Part shown: positions 38,575 through 46,222 of the stretch, one piece after another | How positions within the stretch are numbered: the first letter of the stretch is position 1 | Layout: each line of letters begins with the position of its first letter | Notes under the pieces: generated by a model | What the model was told of the DNA's origin: nothing | Seen by the model: the letters and a program-made list of their open reading frames with translations, nothing else | Database searches by the model: none | Source: Phycisphaerae bacterium | GTDB taxonomy: Bacteria > Planctomycetota > Phycisphaerae > UBA1845 | Direction: 5' to 3' | NCBI GenBank assembly: GCA_024102815.1 | Contig: JAGFJJ010000069.1 | Span: 271,116-335,115 of the forward strand | Length of the DNA stretch: 64,000 nucleotides | Program-made: the position numbers and the translations under genes

Positions 38575-38604
38575 TTGACTTGCTTTTCGGCCGTTTCATA
38601 CAAT
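38575..38604 (+). promoter_or_regulatory. Candidate near-consensus sigma70-type promoter for the 38806-44377 gene string
   Basis: TTGACT (38575-38580), 18-nt spacer, TACAAT (38599-38604), inside a locally AT-enriched patch. This implies a roughly 195-nt leader. Confidence 0.4.
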
Positions 38605-38805
38605 GAGACGGCGCCGTGTTATGGGCATCAGTGCGCTTCTCGTGAATGCCACTTACGTGACACTCATCAGGGAAACTGCGAGGAGCGTCGTTGTCCGGCA
38701 ACGTCGCAGCCGACCGTGCCGCCACCGAGGGGCAAAGGGCCATTCGTGAACTGAGGCGGGTCACGGTCAGAGGACGTACCGCATCGGAGAGGGAGAAGCA
38801 GAATA

Positions 38806-40134
38806 ATGGAGGGGACCCCCACCACCACGCGCGGCCTCGCTGCCGCCAACCACCGTGCCCCGATAGTGGCGAAGAAGGCCCTCTTGCGTGCCAACGTTTC
38901 GATGGCATGCCTGGTCGCATGTGCATTGAGTGCCGCATTGGCGGCGTCGAACGCGCGAGCCGTGGATGGCCGTGCCGTCGCCGAACAGAAGGGCAGCATG
39001 CTTATCTTCCCGTCCATTGAGATCCGATGGGATGATAGCGGAGCACTTCTCCAAGATACGTTCATCGAACTCACCAATGATCACACGGAGGATGTTTTTG
39101 TCCAGATGTATTTCGTGAATGGAGATCCTCCGCTGGAGGCAGATTACAATCCTGGGGGAATGCTGCGCGAACGGGCTCATGCGGGTTGGAACAACATCGG
39201 CGTGCAGATTCTCCTGACAGGAAATGAGCCCACATACTGGTCGGCGCACACCGGACTGCCGATCGGTGTGGCACCGTGGGAACTGCTGGATCCGGGTGAC
39301 CCACCCGGCAGACCAAACCTCTATTATGAGAACGAGCGGACGGTTCGCGGATTCCTGGTCGCATGGGCGGTCGACGCCCAGGGGCGCGAAATCCGATGGA
39401 ACCATCTCTCGGGGACCGCGGTAGCCATCGACTACGAACAGATCGCCGCATGGGAATATAAACCCTATGCCTTCCAGTCTCGTGGCAGCTCGAACGGAAT
39501 GCAGCCCACGAGCTGCGAGGTCCTGAGTGCGGAGAGCGGACAGTGCCTTGACGCCCGCATTGTTCCTGGGCGTCTGGATCTGGACGGATTTGAGTACGAT
39601 TCGTGCCCCAGTGCACTTATGTTCGAATTCATCGCGGCAGGTGCCGGTGTCCCCGGCCGGCCCGACGCAACCGCAGTTGTTCCCGTGGAGACGATGCTCA
39701 CGCTGATGCCCTGTGCGGTTGACCTCCGCCAGGAGACGGACGGGCCCGTAACGACGAAAGCCAACTTCGACATCTGGAACGCCAATGAGGTGCGCTTCTC
39801 CGGAACGGAGCGTTGTGTGACCTGCTGGGATTCGACCCCGCTTGATGTGTACACCTATCTCGGCGCGGCCAATCACTTCCTGGTTTACAACCTCCAGACG
39901 GACCGGGGGAAGGCCCGCGTCCGGGGACTGGCCAGCCAGCGTTGTGACGCGCCGGGCGTGGTCAGCGAGGCCTCCGCATTGCTCGGCGTGTCCCGCAAGG
40001 CGCTCTACTTCAGCGAGAGAACGGCCTATGCAGGCTCACCTCTGTCCATACAGGGGCTACTCGGCGGCCGGATTCAATACGACGTCATCCAGCCGACCAG
40101 TGAGCGGCTACCCAAACGGGAGGGTCAACCGTAA
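38806..40134 (+). CDS. Orphan secreted protein, no family recognised
   Basis: GGAGAGGGAG precedes ATG 38806. Signal-like KKALLRANVSMACLVACALSAALAASNARA. Beta-rich sequence with 7 Cys. It is followed after 24 nt by the next gene. Confidence 0.7.
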   Translation: MEGTPTTTRGLAAANHRAPIVAKKALLRANVSMACLVACALSAALAASNARAVDGRAVAEQKGSMLIFPSIEIRWDDSGALLQDTFIELTNDHTEDVFVQMYFVNGDPPLEADYNPGGMLRERAHAGWNNIGVQILLTGNEPTYWSAHTGLPIGVAPWELLDPGDPPGRPNLYYENERTVRGFLVAWAVDAQGREIRWNHLSGTAVAIDYEQIAAWEYKPYAFQSRGSSNGMQPTSCEVLSAESGQCLDARIVPGRLDLDGFEYDSCPSALMFEFIAAGAGVPGRPDATAVVPVETMLTLMPCAVDLRQETDGPVTTKANFDIWNANEVRFSGTERCVTCWDSTPLDVYTYLGAANHFLVYNLQTDRGKARVRGLASQRCDAPGVVSEASALLGVSRKALYFSERTAYAGSPLSIQGLLGGRIQYDVIQPTSERLPKREGQP

Positions 40135-40158
40135 GCGAAGACCCTCGTTGAGAACCAG

Positions 40159-42012
40159 TTGGAGTGCTATGTCGGAAAGCAAAACATCGTGAACGCAACT
40201 CGCTCCATTCTCCGACGCGCGACACTCTTTCTGGCGCTGGCTGTGATGGCCGCGCCGGCGCTTGCGCAGACTTCGATCCTCACGCTGGGCCCGGGAAGGG
40301 CGTATCAGCGCGCCGACCTGTTTAACCTCACGTTGGCCGGGGAGAGCATGAGCACCGCGCGGCAAGCGCTGGTCAACGACGGATTCGTCATCGACACCAG
40401 TGAGTCGTTCACCGTCCCAAGTCTTTCCGGGTACGACATTGTCGCGCTCGGGCTGTTTGCGCCTGGCAGCGGCTTGGAAGTTCCCGAACAGCTCGCCATC
40501 GAGAGCTTCGTTCGCGCCGGCGGGGCGCTCGTCTACTTCGGAGACAACGACGGGTTCGCCGCGGCCAACGAAAGCGTCGCGGGCCTGTTTGGCGTTGTGT
40601 TCTCCAACGATCCGATCTCAAATGCCGCACGAAACGTTCTCGCACCCAACCACCCCCTCCTGTCCGGACCAGGTGGGGCCGTTACGGAATATGACGGCAG
40701 CGGAAACCTCACCAACTATTTCGGCGGGATACTGAACCTGGGACCCTATGCTCAAGCGGTACTTCGTACGCCGAATCGAACGGTTGTGGCGGTGATCGAG
40801 CGGAACGCCCTTCAGCCTGGAAGCGGTCCCGTCGTGTTCCTTTCCGACATCAACGGCTTTCTCGATGCCGGCATTGGCACAATTCACCTCGGCAACAATC
40901 TCGCATTGCTGCGCAACATCTTCGCGTTTGCCAGGGGCTCCTGTACAAGTGATGCCCAGTGCGACGATGGCGCTTTCTGCAACGGCGCGGAGCGCTGCAA
41001 TGCCGGAACGTGCGTAGCGGGAGTACCACCGTGTGTCGCCAGCGGAAAGCCCTGCAACGAACTGGTCGACGCCTGTGCGGCATGCGTGGCCGATACTGAA
41101 TGCGATGACGGCGTGTTCTGCAATGGCATGGAAGTGTGCGGGACGAGCGGTGTGTGCGAGTCGGGTCCGCCCCCATGCGGAGACTCGTGCGAGTCCTGCA
41201 ACGAATCCAACGAGACCTGCACCTGGTGTATTTTCGATCTGGATAGCGACGGCGTTATCGCAACTGAGGACGCCAATCTGCTCAGCGAGTGCATGGGCGC
41301 CTGCTACGCATCAGGCAGTCCCTGTGCAGCCGCCAACTTCGACAACGACCCGGCCAACTGCGTGGGCTCGGCGGATTTCGCCGCGTTCAGCGCCTGCTAC
41401 GGACTGGTTTGCGCGGAATGCCCCGGGTGCTCCGGGCCGCCTTCTCAGGCTCGTCCCATTGCTAGTGCGCCGAAGTTCGCCGATCGGCTCCGCCTCGCGG
41501 TCACTACAACCACGAATCCATCTCCAAGCGACGCCGTCGATCGACTGCCACCCTCACGTATGGACTGGCTCCGCGGGCAGACCTTCTACGTCGAGGTCTG
41601 GGTCTCGGCGGTCGCCGCGCCATCCGCCGGTGTCGCCGCCGCCTATCTGGATGTGCAGTGGAATGAAAATCAACTCGATCTGCTGAGCAGCCGGGTCAGC
41701 GATTCACTGGGTGCGCTGGCACAGCCGGGAAGACCTGGTGCGGGCGCTCTTCGCGGCGTGGGCGGATGCACGACGCCGGGACACCTGAGCACGGGAAGGG
41801 TCGGCCAGTGGTTGCGTGTCGCGACGTTGCGGATGCGCGCATCGTCCGGCGGCACCGGAGAAGTGACGGTCGGACTTCCCGGCGGTCCGCTCGGCGTAAG
41901 TCTCTTGGGTGAGTACCGCGATGTTCTACCGGGAGAGACGAGCACGATCGCCGCACCCGTAAGGACCGGTGATCCTCGAAACGATGTAAGCGTCGGGGCA
42001 ATCGAACACTGA
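40159..42012 (+). CDS. Secreted multidomain protein: alpha/beta N-domain, 2 Cys-rich modules, dockerin-like pair, cohesin-like C-domain
   Basis: Signal [19 protein letters not shown] (TTG 40159, or GTG 40189). The N-domain SGYDIVALG...[14 protein letters not shown] is reminiscent of ThuA/DUF4159-type folds (tentative). CDDG[AV]FCNG modules. [17 protein letters not shown] and [18 protein letters not shown] segments. Confidence 0.8.
   Translation: MECYVGKQNIVNATRSILRRATLFLALAVMAAPALAQTSILTLGPGRAYQRADLFNLTLAGESMSTARQALVNDGFVIDTSESFTVPSLSGYDIVALGLFAPGSGLEVPEQLAIESFVRAGGALVYFGDNDGFAAANESVAGLFGVVFSNDPISNAARNVLAPNHPLLSGPGGAVTEYDGSGNLTNYFGGILNLGPYAQAVLRTPNRTVVAVIERNALQPGSGPVVFLSDINGFLDAGIGTIHLGNNLALLRNIFAFARGSCTSDAQCDDGAFCNGAERCNAGTCVAGVPPCVASGKPCNELVDACAACVADTECDDGVFCNGMEVCGTSGVCESGPPPCGDSCESCNESNETCTWCIFDLDSDGVIATEDANLLSECMGACYASGSPCAAANFDNDPANCVGSADFAAFSACYGLVCAECPGCSGPPSQARPIASAPKFADRLRLAVTTTTNPSPSDAVDRLPPSRMDWLRGQTFYVEVWVSAVAAPSAGVAAAYLDVQWNENQLDLLSSRVSDSLGALAQPGRPGAGALRGVGGCTTPGHLSTGRVGQWLRVATLRMRASSGGTGEVTVGLPGGPLGVSLLGEYRDVLPGETSTIAAPVRTGDPRNDVSVGAIEH
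40941..41229 (+). repeat. Two ~42-aa Cys-rich modules (C-x4-C-DDG-x-FCNG-x-E-x-C...)
   Basis: [27 protein letters not shown]... and [28 protein letters not shown].... The same module occurs in the next gene. Confidence 0.8.
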
Positions 42013-42076
42013 GGGACATTGGTACGCTGACCGCGGCGGGTTTCGGACCCGCCGACCATCGCTGAGACGCGCAACC

Positions 42077-44377
42077 ATGCAACACGTTCAACGTTACAAT
42101 CTCGCCTGGCTCTTTCTTGCATTGGTCACAATCGCACTCGTAAGTGCCGACCATGCCGCAGCACAGCCGGTGGTAAGCGCCCGCCTCCTGGCCGTGAAAT
42201 CCGCAGGCCTACTGGACGCCGTAACCGCATTGCCTCCGTCACAGACCGCCTATGAGGAGGGAGAGAGCTTCTTCCTGGAACTCTGGGTAACCACGAGCCA
42301 TCCGCAAGGACTGGCTTCCGTTTACGTGGATGTCGGTCTGTCTGCGCCGCTGATTACACTTCAGGATCCCAACGCCGGCCAACTTTTCACGTTCTTCACG
42401 AGTGGATTGTCTTCGCCGACGGGAATTGATGATATCGGCGGCTCCCATCTGGGCACCGCTTTCTGTGCCGACCAACTGGGCCTGACACCGCGCTGGGCTC
42501 GCCTGGCGATTGTTTCGGCACAGGCCACGACCAATGGGATGTGCACGCTGCAACTCGGCCCTTCGATGTCCCCTGCATTGGGGATCAGTATCTGCGGCAT
42601 GTTCGGAGACGTTCCGGTCGCGTCCGTGGATTACGGCCCGCCACTGAACATCGAGGTCATCGCTGTTCAGCGGTGCACGGCTAACGCCGATTGTGACGAC
42701 GGCGTCTTCTGTAATGGTTCGGAAGTCTGTGCCGAAGGTGTCTGCGCGCCCGGAGCGTTTCCGTGCGAGACGGGTCAGGGATGCGATGAAGCCAGCGAGA
42801 CGTGCGGTTCGTGCTTTGCCGACGGCGAATGCGACGATGGCGTGTTCTGTAATGGCGAGGAGACCTGTGACGTCTCTACAGGCGAGTGTGTTCCTGGGGC
42901 GTTCCCCTGCGGCGAGCTCGAAGGTTGCTTCGAGTCCATCGGAACATGCGGCGCCTGCACGGCCGACGCCCAGTGCCAGGATGGCCTATTCTGCAACGGC
43001 TCGGACTCGTGCGATCTGATCACCGGTATCTGTCTTCACAGTGGTTTCCCGTGTGGCGGAGCCGAAGGGTGTCTGGAGGACGTCGACGCGTGCGGACCGT
43101 GCAATGTCGATGATCAGTGCGACGATGGCCTGTTCTGTACGGGCGTGGAAACCTGCGACGTCGGTTCAGGCATTTGCATGGTTGGCGAGCTGCCATGCGG
43201 CGGCGAAGGCGTCTGTATCGAGTCAACCGAAAGCTGCGGAGACTGCGCAAGCGACGCCGATTGTGATGATGGTCTGTTCTGCAACGGCTCGGAGACCTGT
43301 GACCTCGCCAGCGGCACCTGCGTGACAGGAATCGCGCCTTGCCCCGGAGATTGTTACGAAGAAATCGACTCCTGCACGCCTCCGCCCCCCACGGGCGGTG
43401 GGGGTGGTGGAGGAAGTGGCGTTCCGGCTGACAACGACGGCGACGGCGTGCCCAATACCGAAGATAATTGCTTCGCAGTGGCGAACCCCGACCAGGCCGA
43501 TCTGGACAACGACGGCATCGGCGATGCCTGTGAAACGGATACAGACGGCGACTCGATTCCCAACGCACTGGACAATTGCCTGACGGTCCCGAATCCGAAT
43601 CAGCTTGATTCAGACGGAGACGGCTTCGGAAATGCGTGCGACGGATGCCCCAACGATCCCTCCAAGGTGATCCCCGGAGCTGACGGCTGCGCCAATGATG
43701 GCGGTGAGCCTCCGGGACCGCCCCCGAACAACGGGGATGACATCGACGGCGATGGCTGGGACAACGGCGAGGACAATTGTCCCGCGCTGAGCAACCCCGA
43801 CCAGATGGATGCCGACGGCGACGGTCTGGGCAACGCCTGCGACAATTGTCCGGGCATCGAAAACCTGACCCAGGAAGATGATGACGACGATGGTGTCGGA
43901 AATGCTTGCGATCATTGCCCCAATACGACCGATAACGTGGACGTCAATGCGTTCGGGTGTAGCGCGGAGCAGGACCCCGACGGCGATGGCATGCCCGATA
44001 ACAACGACGATACGCCGGGCAATCCGGTACCGACCGATAATTGTCCCGGTTTCTTCAACCCTGACCAGAATGATCGCGACAACGATGGCGTGGGAGACGC
44101 CTGTGACAACTGCCCCGACATCGCAAACACCAACCAGGACGACTTTGACGGCGATCGCTGGGGCGATGTCTGCGATAATTGTCTGATAACTCCCAATCCC
44201 GACCAGGAAGATGCCGACGCCGACGGTGTCGGCGACCAATGTGAGGACCTCGATCCGGGAACTTATGATCCACCTCGGCAACTCTGTGGCGCGTGCGGAT
44301 TAGGCACTCCCATGGCATTCTGGTTCTGCGCTTTGTTTTTAGCGGCCGTTCCGTGTAAGATGCGTCGTAGTCGGTGA
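42077..44377 (+). CDS. Exported scaffold-like protein: cohesin-like N-domain, 5 Cys-rich modules, Gly linker, TSP type-3 repeats, C-terminal sorting-signal-like tail
   Basis: Signal LAWLFLALVTIALVSADHAAAQ. Domain order is read directly from the translation. The tail is CGACGLGTPMAFWFCALFLAAVPCKMRRSR. Confidence 0.85.
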   Translation: MQHVQRYNLAWLFLALVTIALVSADHAAAQPVVSARLLAVKSAGLLDAVTALPPSQTAYEEGESFFLELWVTTSHPQGLASVYVDVGLSAPLITLQDPNAGQLFTFFTSGLSSPTGIDDIGGSHLGTAFCADQLGLTPRWARLAIVSAQATTNGMCTLQLGPSMSPALGISICGMFGDVPVASVDYGPPLNIEVIAVQRCTANADCDDGVFCNGSEVCAEGVCAPGAFPCETGQGCDEASETCGSCFADGECDDGVFCNGEETCDVSTGECVPGAFPCGELEGCFESIGTCGACTADAQCQDGLFCNGSDSCDLITGICLHSGFPCGGAEGCLEDVDACGPCNVDDQCDDGLFCTGVETCDVGSGICMVGELPCGGEGVCIESTESCGDCASDADCDDGLFCNGSETCDLASGTCVTGIAPCPGDCYEEIDSCTPPPPTGGGGGGGSGVPADNDGDGVPNTEDNCFAVANPDQADLDNDGIGDACETDTDGDSIPNALDNCLTVPNPNQLDSDGDGFGNACDGCPNDPSKVIPGADGCANDGGEPPGPPPNNGDDIDGDGWDNGEDNCPALSNPDQMDADGDGLGNACDNCPGIENLTQEDDDDDGVGNACDHCPNTTDNVDVNAFGCSAEQDPDGDGMPDNNDDTPGNPVPTDNCPGFFNPDQNDRDNDGVGDACDNCPDIANTNQDDFDGDRWGDVCDNCLITPNPDQEDADADGVGDQCEDLDPGTYDPPRQLCGACGLGTPMAFWFCALFLAAVPCKMRRSR
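42674..43375 (+). repeat. Five tandem ~42-aa Cys-rich modules
   Basis: [19 protein letters not shown]..., [19 protein letters not shown]..., CTADAQCQDGLFCNGSDSC..., CNVDDQCDDGLFCTGVETC..., CASDADCDDGLFCNGSETC.... Confidence 0.85.
43427..44249 (+). repeat. Thrombospondin type-3-like Ca2+-binding repeats
   Basis: Reiterated D-x-D-x-DG-x-x-D-x-x-DNC-x-x-x-x-NP-x-Q-x-D (for example DNDGDGVPNTEDNCFAVANPDQADLDNDGIGDACE; DRDNDGVGDACDNCPDIANTNQDD). Confidence 0.85.
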
Positions 44378-44632
44378 GCCGATTCGGGGGAACGGACTTC
44401 ACCCGCCGACGGTGAATGCGGAAACATCGAGGGGGAACGGACACACCCGGTGCGCGGGCCGCCAGGCGCGGCGTCACGATCGATTCGTGATTCACGACCA
44501 AGAGCGAACAGCCTCGGAAGCAGCGTGCGATAACTACGTCGCCGCCCCGCCATGACGGGCGAGTCGTTCGCTTTTTCGTGAGTGTCGCCGGCATGACACC
44601 CGCCGCCAGAGGAGAAGCCAAGGAATTCAGCG

Positions 44633-46000
44633 ATGCGGAAAAGAAGCGTAATAATCGGGGCGGGGATCTGGCTGATTATCGGAGGACTCTCCGGTACAGC
44701 GGCATTCGGACAGTGTGCATGGGATCCGGCTTTTGGAAACCCGGGCGTGAGCGGCGGGACTTTCCCAGCAGTCAATGCCCTAGCGGTCTACGACGACGGC
44801 GGCGGACCGGCCCTCTACATCGGCGGGTCGTTCAGCCAGGTGGGCGGCGTTCTCGCAAACAACATTGCCAAATGGAACGGCTCCTCCTGGAGCGCCCTGT
44901 CCTTCGGCGTCGACGCGCCTGTGTTTGCCATGACGGTGTACAACGACGGGACCGGCCCGGCCCTGTACGTCGGCGGGATGTTTACAACCGCCGGTCTCGT
45001 CACCGCGAATCGGGTCGCCAAGTGGAATGGCACGAGCTTCTCCGCCGTGGGTGGCGGAACCAGCAGCGTGGTTTATGCTCTGACCACATTCAATGACGGA
45101 ACGGGAACGGCCCTGTACGTGGGTGGCTCCTTTGCGACGGTCGGTCCCGGCAGCGGCTTGCTGGTCAACAATATCGCCAAATGGAACGGGACCTCCTGGA
45201 GCAAGCTTGGGACGCAGGGTGCCGGTTCCGTGGTCAACAGCCTGACGACATGGAATTCGGGGACCGGAAACGCGCTGTATGTCGCTGGGCTCTTTACCAG
45301 CGTCTCGGGAATCCCGGCCAACCGCGTCGCCATGTGGAATGGAATCGGATGGTCCGGACTGACGAGTGGTCTGAACAACGACGCAAACGTCGTCCTGGGA
45401 TCCAACGGCGGCCCGATCGGTACGTACCTTTACACCGGTGGCCTGTTTTCCACTGCAGGCGGGCCGTTGAGCCCTGCATCCAACATTGCCCGCTGGACCG
45501 GGACGTTCTGGACCAGCGTCGGCGCCGGGCTCAACGGCAAGGTGCTCGATTTGGCGATCCTGGATGAAGGATCCGGGCCGGTACTCATGGCTGGCGGAGA
45601 GTTTGATGCCGCCAACGGAACTGCGGTCAATCAAGTCGCGCGGTGGAACGGCACAGGCTGGTCGTCGGTGGGCGCGGGAACGAACGACACCGTTCGCGCC
45701 CTACTGTCCACGGATGAGACCAACGCCATCGGCCGCGCGCTCTACGTCGGCGGTCAATTCACGCAGGCAAACAATACGACGGCCAACCGCATCGCCCGCT
45801 GGGTCTGCTCGGTGACAATAGACGACTGCACGGGCGACGGCCGATTCGACCTCGACGACTTCGCGCGATGGGACGATTGTGACAACGGTCCCAACGGCGG
45901 ATTCGGGTCGTCGAACTGTGACTGCCTCGACCGGGACGAGGACGGCGACCTCGACCTGAGGGACTATGCCACGTTCCAGCGGATCTTTGCCGGGCCATGA
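44633..46000 (+). CDS. Secreted 7-blade beta-propeller-like repeat protein with dockerin-like C-terminus
   Basis: Signal VIIGAGIWLIIGGLSGTAAFGQ. Seven ~50-aa repeats. C-terminal DCTGDGRFDLDDFARW and DRDEDGDLDLRDYATFQRIF. Confidence 0.85.
   Translation: MRKRSVIIGAGIWLIIGGLSGTAAFGQCAWDPAFGNPGVSGGTFPAVNALAVYDDGGGPALYIGGSFSQVGGVLANNIAKWNGSSWSALSFGVDAPVFAMTVYNDGTGPALYVGGMFTTAGLVTANRVAKWNGTSFSAVGGGTSSVVYALTTFNDGTGTALYVGGSFATVGPGSGLLVNNIAKWNGTSWSKLGTQGAGSVVNSLTTWNSGTGNALYVAGLFTSVSGIPANRVAMWNGIGWSGLTSGLNNDANVVLGSNGGPIGTYLYTGGLFSTAGGPLSPASNIARWTGTFWTSVGAGLNGKVLDLAILDEGSGPVLMAGGEFDAANGTAVNQVARWNGTGWSSVGAGTNDTVRALLSTDETNAIGRALYVGGQFTQANNTTANRIARWVCSVTIDDCTGDGRFDLDDFARWDDCDNGPNGGFGSSNCDCLDRDEDGDLDLRDYATFQRIFAGP
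44761..45810 (+). repeat. Seven ~50-aa repeats (V-x-A-L-x-x-[FY]-NDGTG-x-ALYVGG-x-F-...-AN-x-IAKWNG-x-x-WS)
   Basis: For example VFAMTVYNDGTGPALYVGGMFTTAGLVTANRVAKWNGTSFSAVGGG and VVYALTTFNDGTGTALYVGGSFATVG...VNNIAKWNGTSWSKLG. Confidence 0.8.
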
Positions 46001-46222
46001 TGGACTGGCGGCGGTGGCGGTTTCCTGATGCCGGCAGGCCTCAGTTGCCTGCTACTCCAACAATCCAATCCTGGATTCAGGCGTGCGAGGAAACGGCGTG
46101 GCCTTGTCGTCAGTTCGCGCAAGAACCCCTCTCGCACCGATGAAAAGGGGTGATCGTAATCCCGCGGATTTCGCGCTTTGCCGACTTGTCGCTCCGGCAA
46201 TTGCCCGCCACCAGAGGGTCAG

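Noticed and set aside
38542-38754. 70-aa Cys/His-rich ORF (MWHCYQTVPFSLTCF...) in the AT-enriched patch
   Set aside because: It starts upstream of, and runs across, the candidate -35/-10 elements. It has atypical codon composition for this genome and no RBS, so it is more likely promoter and leader sequence.
38728-38790. GGGGCAAAGGGCCATTCG...GGACGTACCGC, reminiscent of fragments of the c-di-GMP-I (GEMM-I) riboswitch
   Set aside because: I could not build the two-hairpin, GNRA tetraloop/receptor architecture, and the second ACGCAAAGC box is absent. Only an Infernal search with RF01051 could revive this.
38767-39876. 369-aa minus-strand ORF opposite the orphan secreted protein
   Set aside because: It has no signal, no motif and odd composition. 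The plus-strand ORF has an SD, a signal peptide, and operon context with the next two genes.
46126-46150. CCCCT-15 nt-AGGGG hairpin between the convergent propeller and FG-GAP genes
   Set aside because: A 5-bp stem with a 15-nt loop and a poor U-tract. It is not convincing as a bidirectional terminator.
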